A stretch of DNA of 64,000 bases from Yuukianura sp. NJ FZ-2021. Its lineage: Eukaryota. Of this stretch, positions 25,493 to 36,731 are shown piece by piece. A model generated the notes under the pieces. The model did not search any database. It was not told the DNA's origin and worked only from the letters and a program-made list of their open reading frames with translations. The stretch is taken from the NCBI GenBank assembly GCA_046563655.1, contig CM102285.1:7998001-8062000 (forward strand), in the 5' to 3' direction. The translations under genes and the position numbers were made by a program. Every line of letters begins with the position of its first letter. Position 1 is the first letter of the stretch.

Positions 25493-28400
25493 ATGGCTGG
25501 ACGCGAACGAACAGGCCAGACAAGTCGAGCACCATCAACTGGTACGAGGTACCGCGGTTCCAGTAGGAATTATGTTGTCGAGAGGTCACAACCAACCAGA
25601 GGAATACTTACAGGTGTCAGCGTTGCCAAAGACAAAGATAGAAATGCATCGCGCGCCTCAGGTATAGTAATGCATCGATTAGTAGTTCGAATTGGAAAAT
25701 TGTTACTAAATTTTTTATGATTTGGCAGGTCGAAATTCACCTCAAGTACCTCGGAACTCCGAAATAGGGGACTCAAAAATCAGCACTCAAACTCGTATAC
25801 TATCCCGTGCCGACACTGAAGAAGTATTTTCAAATGCGACTCACCAAATTGAATCTTTACTGGAGGCTCATGAAAATCGGAAATACATCATCAAAAATTT
25901 CTCATATCTGGAACACAATTTACTCGAGGCGTTTAAAGGAATTGCTGGTGAGTTCCTGGTAATACAGGATTTTCATTGTAAAGTCGCTGCTTTTATTATC
26001 TCGGTCTTTCGTGGAGTTAAACCGCTTGCTATTTGTTAACAGTAGTCAGCTGGAAGGAATCTGGGATCAAACTCAGTGCCAAGTTAATTGCAGTTATGGT
26101 GAATTCTATGGACAATCATGCTAGTGTAGTGTACAACTGGCTCACAGACTCCATTTTTGTTGCTATTGAGGGTTCCAAGCACTCTCTTGCAGTTCTAATC
26201 CGTGATGTCATCCTGTCCGTAAGTAGAAGTTGACTTTTCTTTCGCCCTCATCGCCTTCGGCGAATGAAATTAATAACAAAACAAGCAAAGCATCAATTAT
26301 TTGTGAAATTAATTTTTCATCTCTTTTCTCAGGCGATTCAGCACATGAAGTCGTCTCAGATTACCATGCTGATGAAGTGCATACACGAGCAAATCGAGGA
26401 AATTTCGGATCCACTTACGTTCAAACTTTTCACTACAATATTTTCCACCGGAATCTTGAAGAATCAAGCGAACACGGAGCCAGAGCTGTTTTCGGTGAGA
26501 TTAACGTGTAATGCAACTAGTATATTCTTCGAAGTTGGGAAAAATTTGAAATGTGTTAACAGTGTTAGCAAATTAGCGTTAAAATGGTTCACTTTTTTTT
26601 ACTCTCCGTTTCCAGGATTTCATTGACGTAATAATTGGGTGGATGACCGACGGTTATGAAACTGAATTGGGTGACACTTACTTCCATTTATACGGAATTA
26701 TCCAGGACATGCAGCCATTCTTTGCAAAGGAACTTATCTTCCTTGGAGATTTAATTTCGTCCATCGTAGATTTTGTAAAGGAAGCTGCAGACGAGAAACC
26801 TCTAAGTTGTGTTAGAATCATACGTTTACTGAAGTAAGTTACCATAAAACTTTCTTTAAACGGATTAAATTGCTACTCTTTTGTTATGTTTTGTAATTTT
26901 TAGAACCCTCGAGTCGCTCCTTGTTTTAAAAACACAATTAGATAAGAAATTTCTGAAGAACTCTTCCGACCGCCTGTTGCAGACCATTAACGCAATTCTA
27001 TCGGTGGGAGTTACCGATGAGAAGCAGAATAGACAGTTTCGCGAGTTCATTCAATTTACGAATGAATGTCTCCTTCGAGTTCCTGGAGTTGACGGAGTTG
27101 CAATGCAACAGTATATATTGGTATTTTTTTTTTGCTTTCTTGTCAGTATCAAATTATATCAATGACTTACAGATTGAGACGGCGCTACCCAACCATTTCG
27201 CTTGCGTGATACTTTCTAAGCTTCAACCATGTTCTAAGTTCTAGTATTGTACAGGGTGGGAAATGTCCTATTTCCTTCCTCTTCAGACGTATTTTAAATA
27301 TGCTCACGGGCAGAACTGCATCGGGAAACACTCGGGGGTTTAACACCGGTTCAGTTAACTGAAATTAACATTTTTAAATTAACTAAGATTTTTTTAACTT
27401 TTAGAATCAAATTGAATGGTTCGAGTCCAATGATATTGAAATCACTGCTTGCACTTCCGAAATTCTGATTGCATTCTTGGAAAATCTGAATTCTTGGGTG
27501 GAAACCGTTGGAACACAGAGTCAAATTTCATCGGACGCTCAGTCACTATGTAGCCGAGTTCTCTTGTTTCTGGACAAAACTCTGGAACATTTGGGTGGAC
27601 CAGATCAATTCTATGTTGTAAGAGTTATTCAAGCATTCTTTCGGACCAGAAATTTATCCTTGCTGCAGAACGTATACCAGCACATGCTGAAGAAACTTGG
27701 GTTGGAATCTTCGGAGACAAACAGCAAGGGAACGCTCAAATCTGATCTGGATACACAGTTATTCGTTCTCGCTACTTTGACAGATATTGGTAAAGTTAAA
27801 GTTGTACAATACTTATTCCATAAGTTGCTTGAGATTATTGAACGTTTGCTTGTTTGTCAGCATTAGCGTCAATTTTTTCTTATTTTTATGTCAGCGACCA
27901 ACAAATCGGGCTCCATCTTGTCTCTCTGGGCATTGGAACCATCACTGCTGGAACTACTCGTAAAAATTTCAGATGCATCGTCTTACGAAGTCGTCCGTTC
28001 TTCAGCTCTGGAACTCCTAAAAGCCCACTGTGTTGCACATTCACACTTTTCTTCAAATATTACATCTAGCAAAATTTTTGACTCGGAGACACCAGCTTTA
28101 AGGTGAAACTTTGTTTTACAAGTTACTACAAGATGTTGTTAAATATTTTCATAGTGAATGAATTTTGTAGGTTCTTGAATATTCTTTTCAACTTCTGGAT
28201 AACTTCATTGGAGGACCTCAACTTCATAAAAACTTCTTGGCTCTTCGATTGGATTTCGCTGTTTTTCAAGGTCACAGCTCCTTACGCTCCACTTCTGCTG
28301 GAAGGACATTTCAAGAGCTACAATCGAATTTTGTGTCAGATTTCGGTTTTGACACAACTCCGTGAACCTTTGGCAGCGTTGCTGCTTTGGATGGTTCAAG

Positions 28401-31400
28401 AAGACAGTTACGTTCAATCGGTGATTTTTTGATTTTCTATTTTTCTATATCTTTTCAATTCGAAACAGGACATTTTGTTTACTGATGTAAAATCCGTTCT
28501 CTCTTTTTCGAATAGAACGCCTTGCAAGAAGTAATTCGTGAAATCTGTCTAGGGATACTGTTGAGCCAAGCAGCATCCAGCTCAATTCGAGCCAATTTTA
28601 TCCAAGTCCTCAGAGTTTTACCAAGTCTAATTCTATTACCAGACGAGCTACCGACAGTTCAATGGAAGGATGAAGACGTCGAGATTGAGTCGGACGAGAT
28701 TGAGCTACCAATGGGACACCCGGAATTGAATAGTTTCCTGCAGAGGTTACTCATATATCCAAGCACAGAGCAAGCGCAACTTGCAGATTCTGTTCCATCT
28801 AAGTTCACTATACGACGAGCAGTGGATTACATTATTCGGTCCAAATTGAAAACTATTGTCGGCCGAGCTCCTGAATTTTTTAGCCAGCTATCCCACATGG
28901 TTCGGAAGATGGTGACGAAAGGTGCTCGAAGCGGCTTTGAATGGAAGTTGGAATTTGTTTACCAAATACAACGAATGATTAATCTCTGCATACATGGCAG
29001 TGTCTTTTTACCCTGCGACATTCCCGAGGTAAGTTCTTGGGGAGATTCAGTTCAATATAGTACAATATAGTGATAACGATACAAATATTATTTTATACTT
29101 GTTATCATTGTATAAGTGATGCTACGAATTGCAATTCGGTATCACTGTGTTTTGTGTTTCAGAGTATTCGGAGTTTCTACGTGACGAATAGAGTTCCTTG
29201 TACAGGATGGATAAAGCGAATAGCACCGGAATGCATTCTACTCTCGTTGACACTCAAGCAATATGCGATGGCTTACTTTTTTGCTGTCACTGTCGACGAT
29301 ACTGAAAAAATGAAAATGGCATTGCTTGAGCTCCAAGGTATTACACAGATAATAAAACTTTGCACATTTAATATTTGATAAACTTTCTTCATCTTTTTCT
29401 TTCCTTTGCAGACGCAGAAGCATTGAAAAGCTTAGGCGAGTTGGGGGGATATTTTTATTTGAACTCCAACTACGAAAAGGCAGAAGAGGTGTCTAATGCT
29501 TCTACCGAAAAGGGGCCAGATTCCGTAAACGGCCTTGTTCTGGAGAAAACAAAGTTAATTTTTGAAGGAAGTTCTGCAAAGCTCCAGATTTGGCCAGGAA
29601 GTCCAACTCCATTACCTTCTCAACCGTCGTCTGATTTGACTCTTCAGTTGTCGACTGTCGCCCTTCCCATTGCTGCAAAGACACCAATAGATCCTCCTCG
29701 TCCGCCTTGGGATTCCAAACTGCTTCAACTTCCTGTCGCATCCAACCACAGTCTTCTAAATCTCCAATTATCTATTCTGGGTCAGCGTGGAGACACAGAA
29801 GTAGTCGGGAATCTAGAAGCTTTCTCAAGATTGAAACTATACGAAATGATTCAAGTCGAACATTTCATCCTCACATCAAAGAAATTTTCTGTTGAAGAGA
29901 AGCGGCGGATTCAGAATTGCAAGTTGCAAAAAATGATCGAGTGCGGTAATTTAAAATGGCTAAGAAGCTGGATTACTGCCAGTGGATGGTTGGACATGGA
30001 CAACTTGGATTTGAATGTTGAACAAAAGGTGAATACGTTCAAAATCCTAGGAGATCTGCTCTACAAAGAAGGAGAAGATTACGAAGCTGGTACACTGTAC
30101 TCTTGCATCCTGGAACTAATAGTTGAAAAGGATGGGCCAGAAGTCAGGAGTCACTCGTCAGCGCTCATTCCGAATGAGTTCAAGGCCAATTTCTACTTGG
30201 CATTTGCTGAGAAATTAAAGACGTCGGATACATTCTACGAACGGGCAGTGTCAAAGTCAAGATTGTTAGCTGCATTGGAGGGCAAACACCAAACACAACA
30301 AGAATTGTTTGATCGAGCTCGTGAGAGTTCTCGAACTCTCACCACCCAAACACGAGCTGACGTTTGGTTTGAATATGCAACCTTCGCCTACCAACGTAGT
30401 GACGAACGTAGCTTGACCCCTGTGCTGAGGGAAGTGCTGAAATCTAATGCGCTCCATTCATATGCTAATTTTATCAAGTGGAATCAAAAGAAAGCGAAAC
30501 AAGATGACCAGAGAAGGAAAGTTATTCTAGCCATGGTCAGACTGATAAAGCTTTATTATCAAAACCACAAGTTTATCCCAGAAGATCTGGTAACGAGCTC
30601 ACTTTGGACGACAATATTACCAGAATTAACAAAAATTCAAGAATTAAGACCGTTCCTCGTGGCAAAGTATCCATCGGTCAAGTTCCTGGTGGCAAGCAAA
30701 GAATATGTAAAGTCCAAGAAACGTTTTGCTCGACGCAAAGGCCTGTTTGACCCTCTTGCATTCGCTTACACAGAGGCTTCAGAAGAGCCTTTCGAGGTCG
30801 GTGCTGATGAAGTAAACCTGTGCAACATAGAAACTCCAAACAAGACGTCTGAGATTGCCCTACAAGAGTATTGGACCAAGGACCGTCGAACAACAGTGAT
30901 TGACGAAGGACAAGGAGACATACTTGCTCAGCAGTTAAGCTCATATTTGAAGATTGTCGAAGAAATTGAGAGAATTGGATCAACGAATGCCGAACTTTGG
31001 ATAGAAGTGATGCAGAGAGTGACTCATGATTGGACAAGAAGAATGAATGGACTTAGAAAGGATTTAGCACGAGATCGCGGAGATCTTCAAGGAAATGCAG
31101 AAAAGTTCAAAGTTTACATTCGTCCGTTGTTGGCGGTTATGAATGAATTTTGGCGCAAGACCATGGAAGGCAACACTTCGGCTGATCTGGCCTTCATATG
31201 TAAACATGGTAAGTGTGAAGTGTCTTAATTTTTGTTAATTCGTGTCAATCTGGTGAGGTTCTGGACGAAGGTTAAAATTTTGTTGTCATTTTAGGTGGCC
31301 GAATCTGCGATATTGTAAACAGCCTAAACAGTTGCAAGACTTTGGATAACTTGACTCAAATCTACGAACAAATGCTGCAAGCTGTTTCAGTTTTCGAGTC

Positions 31401-34181
31401 AAGTAGGAGTTCAAAATTATCACTGGCAAATATTTCACCTGTACTTGCAAACTGGGACTTTGGAGATGTGGCGAAGAGCATATCCCTCCCTGGAATGAGC
31501 GACGGAGTTACAATTGTTGGTGTACTGAATGTCATCACTTGTCTTCACACAAAAACAAACCCAAAAAGAATTGAGTTTCGAGGATCGGATGGAAAGATTT
31601 ACGAATACCTTATCAAAGGGAACGAGAATCTACACATTGACGCAGGAATTATGCAATTCTTGAGGATCACTGAAGAATTCAACGAATGTCCAACTCGTCA
31701 TTACTCTGTCGTCCCAATCGGTTAGTATTTTTTTTTTATCTAATTGAACATTCAGGAATTCTTAAGCTCTCCACACTACCGAAGCACGCCATTACATAAA
31801 AAAAAAGACATAAGCAGAAAAGACATCAGCACCAAACACATAAGCAAGAAAGACATAAGCAATGCAAACACATCAGCACCGCAAACACATCAGCACGAAA
31901 CACATAAGCAGGAAAGACATAAGCATGTCAAACACATCAGCAACGTAAACACATCAGCAGATCAAAAAATTCCCTCCGATATTAAATTGAACTGCATTGA
32001 CGTTTTTTTTTAACATTAAGGTTAAGGTCATCTTTAAGTAATACCATTAGTAGGATTTAGTAAGTACATTCTATTAAAAATCTTTAGGTTAGGTTTGGTA
32101 ACGCTAACAATTGCGAGATTGGGCAAGATTAAGTTGCAAATCATTAGGTTAGGTTTGGTTAGCACATGAAACTGCTCAAAAAGCCATAATGCAGTTTATT
32201 TTAATTTCGAAGGAATTTGTGATCTGCTGATGTGCTTACGTTGCTGATGTGTTTGACATGCTGATGTCTTTCCTGCTTATGTGTTTCGTGCTGATGTGTT
32301 TGCGGTGCTGATGTGTTTGCATTGCTTATGTCTTTTCTGCTTATGTGTTTGGTGCTGATGTCTTTTCTGCTTATGTCTTTTTTCTGATGTATTGGCATGG
32401 ACCCCACACTACAGTAGTTATGACTAGACTATGTTGTGAGTCTTTATTTAGGCGAACGAGGAGGATTGATCCAAATTGTGCCGAATGCAGTTCCGCTCTT
32501 TGCAATCTACAAAAAGTTCCTACAACGAAATAACGCCACGGAAAGACCGTCTGACATTTTTTGGAGAAGACTTGAAAGCTTAGGATACAAAGACCGTGAC
32601 GACTTGGCAGGATTGAAGGAAGTATACAATTCATTGAAGAGTGAAACACCATCGGATTTGATTTCTCGGTACGTTTTGTAGAAATTATCTTCTGGAAATA
32701 ATAAGTATGTCACTGAATTACTTAACTTAATGAGTTTATGTTTTCAATTACTCAGCGACTTGCTGGTGTGCGCAGACAGCACACGGGATTGGTACAAAGC
32801 TGTCAAAGTCTACACTAGAGACTGTGCCATGGGTGCTGCAGTTGGACACACATTGGAACTCGCCGATCGTCATCTGGACAACATCTTGATTAATCTCCGA
32901 CAAGGACATTTGATCCACGTTGATTTCAGTATATTGTTTGGTAAAGGGGCTTTACTTAAAGTTCCAGAAAAAGTTCCGTTCCGTCTAACGCCAAATATTC
33001 TGGAAGCTCTTCAGTATCCTGGAGTGAACGTGAGTTTCGCATAGCTTCCAACTTCTAAATATCGTTTCCATAATAATTGCTTAAAACTTCTTTGCATAAT
33101 ATTGCAGGGTCCATTTGCCGTTTATCTTGACAAATTCCTGGAAAACTTTCGTAATCAACATGAGATGACGCTCTTCTGTATTCGAAATATCGCTCAAGAT
33201 TCGCAACTTGAAGAACGTATCCACATCTCACCGGAAATCATTATCATGGCTGAAGTCAAATCCACCTTGGATTTAATTCGGCTCCGAGTCAAGAATGTCT
33301 GGAGAATGATGGAAATTGTAATGTAAGTAATGAGATCTTCTTCTCATAAGCAATATTTGATATCTTGTGTCTTGGCATCTCCTAACGTACAATAATGGAA
33401 ACTTAATTTAGCAATGTGAATTGCATTTTAGGAGCGAGATACTTGAGTGCGCAGCACAATCTAAGGACGTCGCTAGTGTTTGGAACTTGACTTCCTCAAG
33501 AACTGTTCTTGATAAACTTAAGAAAAAAATATATCGCTGGCGTCGTCTTCTGGCCAACCTGGACGCGCTGGTTACTTTCGTAGTAACTCATACAAGTCAT
33601 TCGGGGTCATTGGCTGGATTCCACGATCTTATCTGGAACAATTGGATTCCCGAAGTCATACATTTCTGGATTCATACCGATATCGGAACCATACTTCAAT
33701 CCGAAGCATCCTTTCAAGAGAAATTCGGTAGTGGATATATAATTAACATTAATCGGCATTAGAAATCACTCCTCTTAACGTTCACTTTTACTACACCAGG
33801 AATCTGTGAGCAAGTGTTGCAGTCTCTGATGGCAGAGGCGTCGAAGGCAAGTGCAAATTCCACTTTTGAAATCCGACCAGGGCCCATCGTGAATTTTGAA
33901 GAGGCAAGAGTTCAAGAGAAACTGGAAGCTATCATGAACTCAGCGGAATCCAGGATTTCAGCCTACCTTCCAATGGAAACGGTACGACTTTAATGCTAAG
34001 GACGTGGAGGTTAAGGTTAACATTTAGTCGGCAACGCTGTTTCGCTAACAATGCTTTATCCGCGGGCAAAATTTTAAAATCCGTTTTGAAACTTTATTTG
34101 TAGGCCAACACGCTGATTTCGGAAGCAACAAACGAAGACAATTTGGCACAAATGTATGAAGGGTGGATACCATGGGTATAA
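25493..34181 (+). CDS. SMG1: SMG1 PI3K-related kinase (nonsense-mediated decay), divergent and compact (~2,070 aa, ~20 exons)
   Basis: DFIDVIIGW in the N-terminal region; kinase motifs TKTNPKRIEFRGSDGKIYEYLIKGNENLHIDAGIMQFL and LADRHLDNILINLRQGHLIHVDFSILFGKGALLKVPEKVPFRLTPNI; C-terminal FATC ATNEDNLAQMYEGWIPWV followed by the stop at 34179-34181. Largest exon 29412-31207. Exon calls around 27120-27400 are uncertain. Confidence 0.9.
31780..32403. mobile_element. Mutator/foldback-like non-autonomous element with ACATCAGCA/ACATAAGCA minisatellite arms, in an SMG1 kinase-domain intron
   Basis: Inverted arms of about 190 bp; 9-bp TSD CCACACTAC (31771-31779 and 32404-32412); termini CGAAGCACGCCATT and ATTGGCATGGACC. 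Confidence 0.88.
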
Positions 34182-34779
34182 ACGTTGAAAACAGCGACGT
34201 GCCAACGTCGCCGTCTGGAGACTACGGTCTTGAGGGCCCGCAGTTGACACAAATCCGCTTGCATCTGTACCACTGCACTGCAGCGCTGAAACCAACACCG
34301 CTCGGTGTTGCCATTAAGCGCTATGGTTGACGGACATGTAAGTGGATGTCGACGACACTGTTGGAATTGGAAGTTCGAATTGTAGGAAATACTGCGTCGA
34401 CGCTGCCCGTGAAGAGAATCACTACTGTTAGGAGACGAAGGTGAAGAACTATGGCTGGGTTGGGTTCGTGATGGGAAAAATTGTTCTTATTTACAATTTA
34501 ATAGTACTACTTAGCTGGATCGGTTGTATAGAGATTAAACAGATCAGATGTGTGATCAGTGTTAAGTTTACTGCGTTTATCTAATTCATTTCTAGCATGC
34601 AGCACTAAACTTAAATCTAATATGCAGTGGATTTTGTTATTATTGCAACTCAACCATTCCTAAATTACAGGGGCGAAGGTATCCGAGTTCGAACGAACCA
34701 ATATTGTTGTTGGACTACGATTTATTGGACACTTTCAGAAACAGAATGACTAACACACAATAAGATGTTGTGGATTAGC

Positions 34780-36041
34780 CTATTTTTTTGGCGGCGGTGG
34801 TGGGGTTGTAGTTTCAGATTTCGGAGGTGCAGCAGGAATGGGAACTTCTTCCGTTCCCTGAATCTGTTCTCGAAATTTTGGAAACTGCTCCCATGGATTC
34901 GACAAGTCAAATTTTCGAAATTCCTGCGTGAGTTCAAGCGGTTCAACTACGACGCGCTTCACTTCGTCATCATATCGGACCTAGACATTTCAATACAAAA
35001 AATGGGTAAAAATGGCATTGAGCTAACAGAAATACTTACTCAATGAGTTAAAAATTGACTTGACCTCAACATAACCACTGAGTGGAAAATCCTTGCGTTG
35101 TGGATGACCTTCGAATCCATAGTCAGTGAGGATACGTCGAAGGTCAGGGTGGTTTGAGAAGAAGACGCCATACATATCCCAAATCTCTCGTTCATACCAA
35201 TTGGCGGCTTTAAAGACTCCACAAAGAGAATCGATTGGAGTCAGTTCGTCTGTGTAGGTCTTCACACGTATTCGCGAATTGTATCGTAGCGACAGCAAAT
35301 TGTAGATGATCTGTTACAATGTGGGTACTGTTAAAATGCCGAAATCGCTGAAATATTGTTGACCACCAATTAGGATAACAAAAGTAGAAATATCGAACCT
35401 CAAAGCGATACTGCCTGGCAGGAACATCCATTCCAGCAATGTCAGTTAAATTGGTAAATTGACAGTTGTGATGATCTTTCAGGAAGGAAATGACGGGAAC
35501 TACACCCTCTGGAGCTATGAGGATTTCCAATTCATCTCCGGATGTGATCTGAACCTTTTGAACGTACTTGGGTAAACATTCCGCAGCATATACAGCGAAT
35601 TCGCTCAACTTCTGTCGTGCAATATTATCTGGCTTTCTGACGGCAGCTATATTCCAAAATAAAAAAAACAACAATTTTCATCAGCATTCTACAAAAACGT
35701 GTATTTAAAATTCATCTTTTATGACCTATAATATTGTCGGATATTAGTTCAGAATCTCTTACGTCGTGTTTCCGGTGGTGGAACAAGGGGACCAGTTGGT
35801 GGAGTCGTTGTACCCGTGCCACCAGTACTAAGCAAACGGTTGTGGGCTACTCCGACCAACACCCGAAGTCCGGAGGCTGTAATTTAGAAATATGGTGATT
35901 ATCTATCAAATCGTCGCATTAAATCCCTTCGGTAATGTGACTTGAGTATTATAAAGTGTGTCAAAGTCAAAGTATGTTCATAAATTAAATACCTCGGCCA
36001 TTGATAATTGATCCAACTCGTCGAACCAAGTTTGCTGCCAT
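34780..36041 (-). CDS. NDUFS3: NADH:ubiquinone oxidoreductase core subunit S3 (30 kDa), mitochondrial precursor
   Basis: Exons 36041-35993, 35876-35763, 35646-35399, 35310-35065, 34980-34780. Arg-rich presequence [13 protein letters not shown]. Motifs [58 protein letters not shown] and [16 protein letters not shown]. Confidence 0.98.
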
Positions 36042-36731
36042 TTTGTGTTCGACCGGTTTTCCAAGCTCCTCAAACCACCGAGGGTGTCTTAATTTAATAA
36101 TTTTCTACGAAACAACAATATTTATAACAAAAAAAAAACATTTGTTTAAAATAAATATTGGAAATCTAACCCCAGGTCCCGTTCGACCAATTCCACAACG
36201 AGAACAGCTGATCTTTTAGAGATTTGATTTTTAGAAACCGTGTAGTTAGATGTTGCCAAATCTATGACTAATCCGCTGAACCGTCTGAAAATTTGAATCC
36301 TTTTATTTTAGAAATCCTATGAAGTTTTTCACCTTATTTTGCAAGATTGCGATTCTTATTACACTTGGGATTGGGAAGTGTAAGAAAATAAATTTTAGAG
36401 CTTTTCAGTTTTGGGGAAGTTAATAACAGGGAAAGAATTCAGAGGATTACGAAGGAAAAATTCGTAGGTGCCGGATGCCCGAGTTCTCGCAGAATTCTGA
36501 GAATTGGTCAGACCATTATAAAAAAAAACTTTGTTATGATTACACTGTACCAATTGGAGTTGTGTCAGTGTAGCTTCAACCGAGCTTGTGGAATGAATAA
36601 GTCTGTCTACGGCTGGTCTCTCGCACTGTTTATCCTACTTGTTGCTAGTTTTGTCATAATTCAGGTTTTGAATCAAAATAAGAAATTAATTAATTTCTCT
36701 GCTCCAGCTGGTTCGTCACTGTCCAGAAATT
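36042..36731. promoter_or_regulatory. Putative bidirectional promoter/5' UTR region shared by NDUFS3 and MTHFR
   Basis: The divergent start codons are only 690 bp apart. There is a probable 5' UTR splice acceptor at 36707. Confidence 0.6.

Noticed and set aside
31744..32407. ORFs with KDISRKDIS repeats
   Set aside because: Translations of the foldback element's minisatellite arms inside an intron.
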